Shown: positions 24,900 to 37,070 of the stretch, piece by piece
Position numbering within the stretch: position 1 is the first letter of the stretch
Layout of the letters: each line of letters opens with the position of its first letter
From: Ginglymostoma cirratum
Lineage: Eukaryota
DNA: 64,000 nucleotides
NCBI GenBank assembly: GCA_024137785.1
Contig: JAHRHZ010000082.1
Location: forward strand, 9,763,533-9,827,532
Reading direction: 5' to 3'
Program-made: the position numbers and the translations under genes
Notes under the pieces: model-generated
The model's database searches: none
What the model saw: the letters and a program-made list of their open reading frames with translations, nothing else
What the model was told of the DNA's origin: nothing

Positions 24900-26812
24900 T
24901 TGTCATCTTACCAAGTTTTCCTTACAAAATGGCTGGCATGTAAACTCAACATGGAGGCCAGAGTAGGATCTTGATGGGTTCAGATGGTTTCTTGCTCCAA
25001 AATATGTTCATGTTGCCTATGGGAAAATTACAGAGTGGGGTGCGATCTACCAGCCTCTGCTATGGGCTTTGGCACTCCACTTTCAGGGATTATTGCCACC
25101 ATCCCAGCATCCTCCTATGCACTGGTACTGTGCCTGCAAGGGTAGACTGGTTTAGCACCTGCTATTGTACAGGGATAAGGATCAATTCCACTAGGGCTGC
25201 CCTCTTACTCTCTCAGAGTGCAATCAGAATGCATGCCTTACCTTGCATTGACAGTTGGCACAGTCACGCAACCAGGCAAGTAGCTGTGCCCAATCAGAGG
25301 CGTGTACTGCTTTTCATATCTAAGTATGCCATGTCCCTCTATCTGCCACAATGTCTCAGCATTCTCCCCAAACACTACAGCAAGTAGTGAAGCTTGTCTG
25401 AACATCTGAGGGGTGTATTCCACAGTGAAGGTGTTGGGTAAACAACTGTCAGGGGAGGTGCAGCACAGTTAGTCAGGCACAGCCCCCTTTACCAGTCTCA
25501 GGCTTTGGCCCACAATCAAGTATCTGGACACAGTGGTGTTGCACAGGGGACCATATCTGTACACTGCAGGGAGCAGATCTGTGAGGTGGGCATGGCACAA
25601 TCGGGGAGATGTTTGTTCACCAGCTTGGGGTTTGGGCAGGTGAAGGCTGTTGCTGGCAGGTCAGGTCACTTGAGGGAGTAGGCTACAACCTTTCCATCGC
25701 CTTTGTTTGCAGAACTGATGGGGGACGTGGGGAGCTGGGGAATTGGGGTGACAAATAGGCAAATGTAAGCCTCATGTGGGGAAGTGAGAAATGTTGATGG
25801 GGTTGACACAATGGGCATCTAGAAGGCAGAGAGGGTAATGTCAGGGGTCTCATTGGTGTGGCAATGCTGAATGCCACCAGCACAGGACCACTTGCTGTGT
25901 TATTCCACTGGCGAAGCACATGGAGAGCACACAATGTTGAGGAGAAGGGAGTGACTATGAAGAGTAAGTGAACCAACTTATAAGAGAGGAGTCTGCATCT
26001 GTGACCATTCACTGGGTATTCACTGGGGAAACAACACTGGCCTCCAATACATGATATCTCGGTAACATAGACATGCTCCACTGACTATTCTGCTGTATTG
26101 ACCATCCCTTGAGTGTGAGGACACACATTTCCAGCACCTGCCTGCCCATGCTGTATCACTCAACTCTTTATGGAAGGTTTCCTCTGGGAATGAGAGAAAA
26201 GTGGTGAATGAGGAAGACTCAAGTGCATGCCACAGCTGCTGGTGATTGTGCTAGTATGGTGAAGATGTTGGGGTGTTTCTGAGGGAGCAAGGAGGCAATA
26301 GGGAGGGCATGCAGGGTTATTGGTGAGGAAGAAGGGTGTGGAGAGAGCGAGTGTCAAGAATAAGCTTTGGAGAGAGGTGGGTGAGGTAGCAGAGTACTGC
26401 ACTTATCTTACTGGAATGCAGAAAGTCACTGACCTTCTTATAGCTCAGGCAGTTCAGTCCTCCTTACTCTTAAGGTGGTACTGACCTAGGTAATGATCTC
26501 TGAACAGGCTGGCAATGTGAGGTGACACGGCCTCCTCTGCCCTCTGGGAAGAGCAGTCCTCTCCTTTTGATCATCTTTTCCACACAGTCCATGTCAGAGA
26601 AGTATAGACACGGCCTCCCCTTCTCCTTAATGTCTCCTCACTCCTTCCAACAGTCGAGCAGCTGTTTCCAGCTGGCAACTTGTTACCAGGTGTGCAGCAG
26701 GATTTGGAAAGTGGCATGACCACAAGGGATGCTGGTCTTTGGGAGGACCTCTACTCAGTGGCAAATTACTCCAGGAATGCCACATGATAAGGTGGGGTGG
26801 AAATTTGCCACA
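24900..26812 (-). mobile_element. Decayed PIF/Harbinger DNA transposon with Myb/SANT-like gene remnant
   Basis: Minus strand about 26625-26420: YFSDMDCVEKMIKRRGLLFPEG / LPACSEIIT*VSTTLRVRRLNCLSYKKVSDFL, matching the Myb_DNA-bind_5 pattern FS..E...V..R..LF...WEEIA..V....RT..QC.KK..DL; block GC-richer than flanks. Confidence 0.6.
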
Positions 26813-27774
26813 AAAGCTGAAACTCCAATGGACATGGCAGGTTTGGTAAGACTCATGAGGAAATACACTGGGCCACATGGCAAACATCAGTCCACCAAAC
26901 TTGACACAACGTCACTTTAGCCAAAAGTCTGTAATATTCAACCCAGAGTCTATCAAGCCAACTTTCACATTGGGATCTGACTCGTCCAGCATTATCATCA
27001 ACTAGGACCATAACAACATTGACTAGGGTGTTGAAATAGATTGCCTTTCCACTATCCAACAAGGGAAGTGTATAAAATAAGAACTAACAAAGGGGTGATA
27101 GTGAGCAGGGGAGGAAAGGAGGTGTAAATAACAGCAAGATGGATTTCTCAAAGATTAAGACAAGCTCATTGTATTTTACACCTTAATTGTGTGTTAAGCT
27201 CAATGCATTATATTTGTTATCCCATTTGTTACCCTTTAAAATGTTAAGAAAAACTGTCCAACAAAGTGAATTATAAACTTGAACTATATTGTCAATGTCA
27301 CTGCGGTTTTATTTGTCTTTCAAGTCATGATATCTAAAAATGCAGACTAATTAAATAAAAAATTCCATTCTTTTATGAACAGTAATCCAAACACACTCTT
27401 CATGTACAAACAAAACGTTGCATGGCCGTTGACTAATGCAGTTTTCTGTGATTTTAAGGCTAACATTTGTGTTTCAATATCCTCATTTTGGCTAATGTTC
27501 TGTTTTGGTTAATTCCACCCAGCTCTTTGCATATGAAAATGAAAACAAATAGTGTCATTGTGAGCTATTGCAGGATAGGCAGCAATGATATTAATGTATC
27601 CTGTGAGTTTGCAGCAACCTACTACTTCAGTTGTCTCTCATTGAGGTGACAAAGTCGGAAGAAAGCTGCAGTGTTTTGTTTCAAAGTTGAACTCCTCAGC
27701 AACATTGATGTGTCGTTATCTTCGTTTGCTTACTTAATGAATGAAGTTGGATGTTACCCAGCCTCAGTTCTCCA

Positions 27775-28023
27775 CCCTAACCCTGCATTTCCTGTGGCTA
27801 ACCCACCTTTCTTGCACATCCCTGGACACTACGGGGCAATTTAGCATGGATAATCTACCTAACCTGCACATCTTTGGACAGTGAGAGGAAACCGGAGCGC
27901 CTGGAGGGTACCCACACAGACACGGGGACAACGTGCAAACTGCACACAGCTGGTCTTCCTAGGCTGGAACCAAACCTGGGTCTCTATCACTGTGCAGCAG
28001 CAATGCTAACCACTGTGCTATCC
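27775..28023 (-). mobile_element. V-SINE (HE1-like)
   Basis: Minus strand: A-box TAGCACAGTGG, degenerate B-box, V-domain gtttgcacgttgtccccgtgtctgtgtggg...tccggtttcctc...tccaaagatgtgcaggttagg. Confidence 0.9.
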
Positions 28024-29720
28024 CAGTCCAGTATGACTGCAGTAGTTCCTTAAATGATTCACTGCCGACTTACATGAACCAACTGTTGCTATATCTAATT
28101 CCTGTTGCAGGATTTCATCATTTGCTGCCAGTCAGCTACCACACAAGAGGATGGACAATACGTGGTAAATGTGAGCAGTGAGTGCATATTCACTGCCAAC
28201 AACCTTTACAATCACCGTACAGTTATCTACACTCATGAAATCCCTTTCTGAATGAGATATGCCAACAGTTTCATTACTACCAACGCTGTGTACTGCATAG
28301 GATTAATTTTAATCAACATTTTATTGCTTTGGGTAAATAAATCCTTTCCGTTCAACTCCAGGGAGAAAACACATGGCACATGGCGTGCAAAATGAGTTAT
28401 ACCTTGAAAATGTGTCGAAAGGTGCATCAATATGATCATTCTTTGGTGGGGGTGGTGGGTGGCTATGGAAAGATGTTGGAATTCACAGGAGAAAGTGCAC
28501 TGTTGCATATGGGTGTGAAAGGATTCACATTTGATTAAGGTCAGTAGCAGCACCCACTGTGATGATGCCGCAGGAACTTGGTCAGAGTAAAGAAGAAGCT
28601 TGTTGGAAACAGACCGGGCGTGAATGTGAAGCTAACAGTCTCCGTACTAAGATTGGTGTTGTTTATGTCACTTCAAAGTTGTTGCAGTGATGCAATAAAG
28701 TTTCTTCACTGAACAAGACTCTTCCAGTTAGACCAAAAAGATGAATATTCTCTGCCACACTTGATCACATAAGGCTTGAAGGAACCCACACACATCACGT
28801 ACCACTGTGAAGTCTAAATATATCACACAATGTTTCACCGACTAGCTGTGGGAGATACTTCGAATGTCATGTCAGTTTGACATAAGTATGGATGAATCAT
28901 GTACGGAAACAGCATCTATAGACTGTATACAGGCAGTATGACTTAACTAAACAGAGAACTCATTTAGAACTTTGACCAAATATACGTCTTTGATTTAAAA
29001 ACTCAATCCTGTCCCTGATTTCACAGTGCAACAAAGAGAGTTCTGAGTCAACATAAGCACCTTAGAAAAGAAGGCTAGGGAAATAATGATAGGAAACTAG
29101 GAAATGGCAGAAGAGTTGAATAAATAATTTTCAGCAGGCTTTACCGTAATAGACATTAATAATATTCTAACTTACTAAATAATAAAGGGGCAAGAGGAGA
29201 ACAGGAAATAAATAGAATAAATATCACTAAAAAAACGTGGTAAGGAAAAGAATTGCTAAAGACCAATAAATCCCTTGGACCGAATGGGATGCATCCTAGG
29301 ATATAAGATTAGTAACTACAGAGATAGTGGTAGTAATCTTCTAGGAATCCTTAGATTCTGGAAAGGTCACAGAGAATAGAAAATTGCCTATGTAGCACTT
29401 TTATTTAAAAGAAGCAAGGAGACAAATCAACAGGTGACTGTAGCCCAGTTAGATTAACATCTGCTTTTGGGAAAATATTAGGGTCTATTATAAAGGGCGT
29501 AATAGCAGAGCATTTAGAAATACAAGAAATGATCAAGCACAGTCAGAATGGGTTCACAAAGGGGAAACATTAATTAGAATTTTCTGAGCAGATAACATGC
29601 AGAATTGATGCAGAGGAAAGAGTGGATCTAATATATTTGGAGTTTCAGAAAGTGTTCGATAAGGTGCCACACATTAGGCCACTTAATAACTTCAGAATGC
29701 ATGATGTTGGAGGTAGTATA

Positions 29721-29923
29721 CAGGTATTACTACGATAACACAATATTTGTGTTCTTATGCGAACTCGATCTGTAGAAAATTACACCATAGAAAATCATGT
29801 TATAGGGAAAATCGTTATGTTATGTAGTAGAAAGTTCATGTTATCCAAACAACGTCTGCTATTCATCAAACGCATTACAGCTAATTTGCCTTGATGAAAC
29901 ACAAGTTACAGCAGAAATACCTG
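29721..29923. mobile_element. Tc1/mariner (pogo/Tigger-like) MITE nested in CR1
   Basis: TA TSD (29719-20, 29924-25); TIRs caggtattactacgataac / gttacagcagaaatacctg (15 of 19 match); removing it restores the CR1 reading GSILT*IE. Confidence 0.85.
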
Positions 29924-29965
29924 TATTAACATAGATAGAGAATGGGCCATCAAATAGAATACAAT

Positions 29966-30115
29966 GAATCTAATGATTCCTGAAAGATTACCATCAGTGC
30001 ATCCATTATCTCTATAGCTATTATTTTTAATATGCTAGGATGTGTCCCATTAGGTACAAGGGATTTATTGGTCTTTAGCCATTCACTTCCCTAGCACTTT
30101 TTTCTCCAGTGATAT
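29966..30115 (-). mobile_element. Inverted CR1 ORF2 segment inside the plus-strand CR1
   Basis: Reverse complement aligns to 29221-29358 (ctaaagaccaataaatccctt shared). Confidence 0.85.
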
Positions 30116-30733
30116 GAGAGTTGGGATAATTTGGGTGTCATTTTCAAGGTGACAACTTGTAACTGGTGTAGTGCTGTAGGGATCAGTGCTAGGGCCACAA
30201 TTATTTACAAAATATATTAATGACTTGGAAAATAAATGTACTATCACCAAGTTTGTGGATGATATAAAAATAGATGGGAAGGCAAGTGATGAGGATGACA
30301 TATAGAGTCGGCACAAGGCAATGGATAGTTTAAAAAAAGAGCTAAAACTTGGCAGATGGAATACGATGTGGGAAAATGTGAGGTTATGCACTTTGGCAGG
30401 AAGCAGAGAGGAGAGCTAAATATTGTTTAAATGGAGAAAGACTGCAGAGAGCTACAATAAAGGGGTACAAGGGACTCCTTCTTCATAAATGACAAAAAGC
30501 TAGCAAATAAGTTCAGCAGATAATAGGGAAGGCAAATGGAATATTAGCCTTTATTTCAAAGTGAATGACGTGAAATAATAGGGAAGTCTTGCTCCATCTT
30601 TCCAAGGCACTAGTGAGTTTACAGCTGGAATACTGTGAACAGTTTTGTGGATGCAGAGATGCTTCGGTGTAATTTGGCCAAGTTTAGTAAGTGGAAAAAT
30701 GCATGGCAGATGAAATCTAATGTGGAGAAATGT

Positions 30734-31300
30734 ACAAAGAGAACAAAGAATAATACAACACTGGAACAGGTTGTTCGGCTCACCAAGCTGTGCTGACATG
30801 TCATCTTTCTCAGCTAAAAACCTTTTTCCTCCACATGACCCATGTCCTTCTGTTCTCTGTCTATTTATTTATCTGTCACGATGCCTCTTAAAAGTTGCTA
30901 TTATATCTGCCTCCACTGCCTTCTCTGGCAGTACATTCCAGGCACTTACAAAACTATGTGAAAAAGACTTGCCTTTCGCATCTCCTTTAAACTTACCCCC
31001 TTTTATCATAAACCTATGTCCCTGGTAGTTGACATTTACACACTGGGAAAACACTCCAACAATCCATTCTACCCATGCCTCTTAAAATATTGTGAACTCC
31101 GATCAGGTAACCACTCAGCTTTCGACGTTCCAGTGAAAACAAACCAAGTTTGTACAATCTCTCCTCATTGCTAATACTCTCCAAACCAGCAACAGCCTTG
31201 TTAACCTTTTATGTGCCCACTCCAAGCCTCTGCTTCCTTCTGGTAGTGTGGCAACCAGAACTGTATGCAATATTCCAAAAGGGGCCTACTGAAAGCTTAG
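30734..31300 (-). mobile_element. CR1 3' end (nested)
   Basis: ORF 30869-31054(-): GHRFMIKGGKFKGDAKGKSFSHSFVSAWNVLPEKAVEADIIATFKRH. Confidence 0.9.
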
Positions 31301-31329
31301 CAAGATTATTCACATTGGTAGCAAAAACA

Positions 31330-31607
31330 AGAGCTAGCACGAGGGGACATAGCTTTAAATTGAGGGGTGATAGATATAGGACAGATGTCAGAGGTAGATT
31401 CTTGACTCAGAGAGTAGTAAGGGCATGGAAAGCCTTGCCTGCAGCAGTTGTAGACTTGCCAACTTTAAGGGCATTTAAATGGTCGTTGAATAAACATATG
31501 GATGATAATGGAATAGTGTAGGTTAGATGGGCTTCAGATTGGTTTCACATGTCGGTGCAACATCGAGGGCCGAAGGGCCTGTACTGCGTTGTAATATTCT
31601 ATGTTCT
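31330..31607 (+). mobile_element. Young CR1 3' end (nested)
   Basis: TRGHSFKLRGDRYRTDVRGRFLTQRVVRAWKALP...FKWSLNKHM; tail gggccgaagggcctgtactgcgttgtaatattctatgttct. Confidence 0.95.
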
Positions 31608-32644
31608 GAGAAGGCAGATTGTTATCTGAATGGTGACAAGTTGGGGAAGAGGAGATGCAAATGAGGCCTGGGTGTCCTTGTACACCAGTCACTGAAAGCA
31701 AGCATGCAGATGCACAAGCTGGTGAAGAAGGCAACTGACACATTGGCCTTCATGTGAGAGGATTCGAGTACCGAAGCTGGAATATTGTGCTGCAGTTGTA
31801 CAGGGCCTTGGTGAGACCACACCTGGGGTATTGTGTGCAGTTTTGCTCTCCTTATCAGAAGAAGGGTGTTCAGTTTATTGGGGGGCTACCACTAAATTTT
31901 ACCAGACTGATTCCTGGGATGGCTGAACTGAGGTATGAAGATAGGTTAGGTCTATATTCACTGCAATTTTGAAAACTTCAGGCTTAAGTTTTGCTCTACA
32001 CATTTCTGTGTTTTGGTTTTCTATAGTTCTAGTATTGAAAGGGAAAATGGAAAGAGGGAAGAAGGAGGTGAAAGGGTGCAGTCAGTGAAGCTGAGAGCTT
32101 TTTAATAATAAAACCTTGCTATGTTGTCCTTTTGCTTGCAGATAGCACTCAGACAAAGTGACAGCCTGGGTAGCTGCTGGATGAAAAAACCTGTGACCGA
32201 AGGCTGGGGCTGGGGAACCACTAACAATGTGTCCTGACAACTGAGAATAGCAAACACTGCATATTGATGCATAGGAGCAGATCCAGAGAGAAAAATAAAA
32301 CTATTGCAGGAGGTCAGGGATCTGTGCCCAGCAACAGGGAGAGATTGATTGTCCCAGAAAAGGAGGAGCTGAAGATTGGCCTGTTGAGTAGACAGGGAGA
32401 GAAAAGCTGACATATCTGAAGAAAGAATAGTTGGAGATCAGGGAGGCAAGGAATTAGACTATTATTTAACTGGAGACGTGTAAGACGTTGCAGATTACTG
32501 ACTGGTGGAGATGGGACAAGGTTTGAAGTTGTGCTGGAAAGACAGAGAGAGACCGTGATCAACAGAGGTTGAGAAGTTGGGCCAGTGCTCCTAGAGTTCC
32601 TGGTCTTAAGGATTGCTATAAAATGCAATATCTTATCCCTTTAG

Positions 32645-32950
32645 AATCATAGAAAGGTAATGGCATAGAAAGAGGCTATCCAACCCATCACTTCTGAGTG
32701 GCTGAATAAACTAGCCTCCCGTCTATTCTCACTGACGAGTATCTGGTGCATACCTTTACAGGTTACAGCACTTCCAGTGAAGATCCAAGTTCCTTTCAAA
32801 TGATAGAAGGTTTCTACCTCAGGTGTCAAACTAGGAAGCAAATTCCAGGCACTCAGGGCACTCTCTGGGTGAAAAATGCCTTCCCTCAGGTCACTTCCAA
32901 GTCTTTCGCCAAACACATTAAATCTATATCTCTAGGTAATTGGGCCACTT
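32645..32950 (-). mobile_element. CR1 3' end
   Basis: tagaatcataga tail; minus-strand DLREGIF...AWNLLP. Confidence 0.75.
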
Positions 32951-33249
32951 GGTCTTACTACGCTCTTTCCCCCTCTTCCCAAAGATTTTCAACCCTAGAA
33001 AATCCTTACGGGTATTGTTCACTTTTAAATTGTACTCCCTATTGCACTGCAAGAGGTCAATATATGAACGTTAATGATAGCTATTTTCATTGGAATTAAG
33101 AATTTGTTCTTTTAGAATGCATTTACCTTACCACTAACACACAAACCAGAGTGAGCCTCCCTGCTGTGTTTACAAAATACATTTAAAATTATTCAAATGT
33201 TTACAACATGCAGTGAGTAGAAGCCATCAATACTGGATGGTCTCAAAGA

Positions 33250-33505
33250 AATTCAATGGGGAACTCAAGAGAAACTTCTAGATCCAAAGAACGGCGAGAA
33301 TGTCAAAGTTTGTGACAAAAGGAGTTACCAAAACAAAAAAAAACATCAATTTTAAGACAAACATATGAGGGAGAAGGGAATAGATGGTTGGGATATGTTT
33401 AGAGGAGGAAAGTTAAAAAAGAATTCTCAAGTGGAGCATACAAACGGACCAAAGACCAGTTGGGCCTAATGGCTGATCTCTGTGCCATACATGCTCTGTG
33501 ATCCT
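33250..33505 (+). mobile_element. Old CR1 3' end
   Basis: gtggagcata...accagttgggcctaatggctgatctctgtgc tail. Confidence 0.65.
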
Positions 33506-34310
33506 GTCTGTCAAGATTGTATCTTTTTATTTTACTGTATTTTTGATTCAAAAGGGAAAGGGCTTGTTTTAAGAAGTAGAGTTAAGGAAGGAATGACTGC
33601 AGTTTTTTTTTAAAGCACATTATTGAAACTTATTGTAATTTGCGTTTACACTGTTACTTTGTTCAAACAGTGGGAGACTGTTTCTGATTTGGTCAGCAAC
33701 AAGTTACTGATTGGCTTATGGAGTTGTGACCACTGGTGGATGACAAGATCCATCAGCCTGACAACTATCTGATTGGCTGCAGGAAAATTGAACAGCTTGT
33801 GAGTTTGAACAATATTGCGGAAGCCTTCAGACTTCTGCGAAGGCAGATCGTGTGCCTTTCTCTTTAGTAAAATACCTAAAACCTGAATAAAGCCAGGTTA
33901 ATATCCCTCTCCAACTGCTGTAAGCTGCAGCCTTTACTCGGTAACTGAGTAATTTGAATTTAATGTCTCAATTGCCAGTACCTTTTGTAGAAAGGTGAAA
34001 AAGACATGGAGAGATAAAACATTAAAGGACAGTAAGTTCTGGCAAGCAAAAGGATAATTTCAGCAAATCGTGTGGACTGAAACAATCGAGCAGCCTTTCC
34101 TGTTTTTTTACCCCCTCCACCATAACACCAAAGTTTTTTTGTCTGTATGTGTGTACAGGGGAGTTTTATAAGGGGCTTTGAGTTTTAATTAGTCGGGTTA
34201 TATGTCGACAGTGGCTAGAATCAGTTCGATTGTAATAAATAGTAGTTCTTGCTACGTGCAGCAACCTGGTCTGTGTTTTCTGTTAGTCTGAGTCTGACAG
34301 GTGAGTTGGG

Positions 34311-34975
34311 GTAACAAGATGTGGAGTTGGATGAACACAGCAGGCCAGGCAACATCAGAGGAGCAGGAAAGCTGACGTTTTAGGTCTGGACCCTTCTTCG
34401 GAAATGGGGGAGGGGAAGGGTGCTTTGAAATAAATAGAGAGAGGGGGAGGCGGTGATAGAAGGCGGATAGTGAAGCAGATAGGTGGAGACAATTCAAGGA
34501 GACGGGTCAAGGAGGCTGGGATGAAGCCAGTAAAGGTGAGTGTAGGTAGGGAGTTGAGATGGGCGTTGGTCAGTGAGGAGGGAGAGGCGGGTAGGTGGGA
34601 GGGAGGATGGACAGATCAAGGAGGCAGAGATGGCGGGGCAGGTTCTGGTCTTGGGATGAGATCAAGGGTGGGGAGATTTTGAAGCTCCACATTGAGACCA
34701 TTGGGTTGTAGGGTTCCAAGGCAGAATATAAGGTGCTGTTCCTCTAGTTTCCGGGTGACATCGTTGTGACACAGGAGGAGACCCAGGATGGACATGTCAT
34801 TCAGGGAGTGGGAGGGGGAGTTGAAGTAGTTTGCCACTGGGAGGTGTTGTCATTTGTCGCGAACTGAGCGTAGGTGCTCAACAAAGCGGTCTCCGAGCCT
34901 CTGCTTGGTCTCCCCAGTGTAGAGGAGGCCACATCGGGAACAGTGTACACAATAGGCCGCATTAGCAGATGTGCA
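34311..34975 (-). mobile_element. Penelope-like element 3' portion: GIY-YIG endonuclease remnant, UTR and terminus with decayed hammerhead
   Basis: CTSANAAYCVHCSRCGLLYTGETKQRLGDRFVEHLRSV*...VANYFNSPSHS...RKLEEQHLIFCLGTLQPNGLN is the PLE GIY-YIG (Uri) domain. Confidence 0.95.
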
Positions 34976-35348
34976 TGGGTAAATTTGGGACTTTTGGGAA
35001 AAACCTTTGAACATTTGATAACTCTGTGAATGGTGAGTTTTAATATCCAGAGTGCTAGCCTTGTGCAATTTAACGTGCGTTATATCCCAAACACATAGCG
35101 ACCAGAAGAAATTACTATCATCCATTTCTTAAAAAGTGACTTAAATGAAAGCGTAGTTGGAGGATACTGACTGGTAGTGAAAACGCATGTTTTGAGAATG
35201 GAAGATAAAAAGCGAAAAATGAAGAGCACAGCATCAGAAATTAGTATTAATCATTTAAAAAATCATTTTAAATTTGTAAGTTAGATGTAGAAAGTCCTGT
35301 ATTGACATGCGTAAAAATGAGAGATTCAATGAGTGGCAGGGAAGGATT

Positions 35349-35443
35349 TCTGATGAAGGGTCTAGGCCCGAAACATCAAGTTTTCCTGCTCCTATGATGC
35401 TGCTTGGCCTGCTGTGTTCATCCAGCCCCACACCTTGTTATCT
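35349..35443 (+). mobile_element. Penelope-like terminus, family A, starting with a hammerhead motif
   Basis: u-CUGAUGA-A-GGGUC-ua-GGCCC-GAAA-C-AUC-a, then ttttcctgctcct...ccttgttatct. Confidence 0.88.
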
Positions 35444-35451
35444 CTTCTGAT

Positions 35452-35665
35452 GGGTTAGTTCAGTTGACTGAATGGTCAGTTAGTGATGCCAATAGCGTGG
35501 GTTCAATTCTTGCACTGGCTGAATTTGCCACAAAGGGCACCCCTTCTCAGCCTCTCCCCTTGCCTGAGACTTGGTGACCCTCAGGTTAGACCACCACCTC
35601 TCTCTCTCTTTCGAATGAGGGAGCAGCCCTATAGGTTAGTAAGAATATGGTGACTTTATCTTCAT
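35452..35665 (+). mobile_element. tRNA-derived SINE (distinct family)
   Basis: A-box-like TAGTTCAGTTG, B-box GGTTCAATTCT, tail atggtgactttatctt. Confidence 0.7.
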
Positions 35666-36649
35666 ACTAAGAGAATAAGCCTGAAATCTGAGTATCTATT
35701 TGCTAAAACTGGAGGTTCAAGATCCAGTTAAACAAATGCTGAATTTATTATTTTCATCTCTGTTATTTGAGCAGAAATTACGTTTGTGTATTTTTTAAAC
35801 TTAGCTGTTATCGTGTGACGTAGGTGCCATTACCTGCAAGGAAGGTTGATGGGAGAAAGGAACACTGGCCAAAGTATAACTCATACAAAGAAATCTAGCC
35901 AGGTGAAGAATGAAATAAGCGGAGAAAGTTCATAAATGGTCCAACATCTCAAATAGCTAGCTCACTGACAGAGAGCTGAAGCTTCAGATGTCTGTCAATC
36001 ACTGAGGGTGGTTCTGGGCATGAGATTGTGGCACTGATGGGGATAGCCTGTCATGCTGATGAACATGGAAATGTTTCAAACTGTGTGAGATCCTACAGGA
36101 CTTGTGTTTGCAGCAAAAAAAAAGTCTGACAGGAATGAGTTGAAACAGTGCATTACCTTTGCCACATTGGAATAAGCTCACTGATTGTGTATATTGCCAC
36201 ACAAAGAGCTTAATTTTCAAAATCAGACTTAATAATCACCACTTCAGTTGATGGGAGGTCATCATGAGGTCACATACTTTGGTGGTAAGTCAGACTGCGG
36301 TCAGGGATTTAAGAATTTATAGGCAAGAACTGTTCAGCACAATCTTTGTTTGAAGTTAGATGACCATAGTTTCGAAAAGCACCTATTTATTTACTAATGC
36401 TTATATTTCTTGTTTGTCAGACAACATTTAAAAATTGAATCAGATTCTCATATATATTTACAAAATGACAATCTCTTTAGTTTTAAAGTATCTACATTGG
36501 TCAAGTTTGGTTCTAAACATCATTTGTGTGCGGGCCCTAAATGAGAAAGCTGCTTATTCTAAGTGTGAAAATCTGAAAACTCATTCCTCATTAAAGTACA
36601 ATGGGATTACACAGAGCATTTGCATCGCGCATCAGCTATTGCTAACATG

Positions 36650-37070
36650 CTTTCTTATGATCTGAAAGTTTCTAAGTAAAAGAGCATTCCAGGCTTTGAG
36701 CACAAATAAATAAGTGAGCTGGTATTTCTGAGTAGGGAGTGTTGCAATATTAGCACTGCAGTCCCTTGGATGAGACATTGCTCTATCCTCCCAACTAGTT
36801 AAGTGATCTTCTGGCATAGTTTCAACAAAGAGCAGGGGAGTTGTTCCTGGTGTGGCAGGTAATGTTTTTCCCTCAATCGATGCCACAAAAGCAGATTATC
36901 TGGTCACTATTACATTGCTGTTTGTGGAAAGTTGTTCAGAACAAGTTGACTATTCTATTTCCTACATTATAATGGTGACTAGACTTCAAGAATACTTTGT
37001 AGAAAAGTTGTGAAATAGTGATCGATAGTTTGAAAAAGCGCTATGTGAATGCAAGCCTGATTTTTTTTTT
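36650..37070 (+). mobile_element. Deu-domain SINE
   Basis: aagagcaggggagttgttcctggtgtggcagg...cagattatctggtcactattacattgctgtttgtgg...aagcgctatgtgaatgcaag tail. Confidence 0.75.

Larger units (their letters stand above)
29070..30648 (+). mobile_element. CR1 LINE ORF2 (RT) remnant, interrupted
   Basis: KSLGPNGMHPR, PVRLTS..GKIL, SQNGFTKG, VDLIYLEFQKVFDKVPH, GSVLGPQLFT.YINDL, KFVDDIK. Confidence 0.93.
30649..31972 (+). mobile_element. Second CR1 ORF2 fragment, host of two further CR1 insertions
   Basis: WQMKSNVEKC [ins] IIHIGSKNK [ins] KADCYLNG...LGVLVHQSLK...YRALVRPHLGYCVQFCSPY. Confidence 0.9.

Noticed and set aside
34372-34402. Hammerhead copies at 3460, 3503, 34372, 43470 and 63440 as active ribozymes
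   Set aside because: Each has substitutions in conserved core positions or a disrupted helix; counted only as decayed copies.
33690-35120. LTR-like sequence surrounding the Penelope fragment
   Set aside because: CCAAT and AATAAA-like signals are present, but I could not define termini or a TSD, so it is not called.
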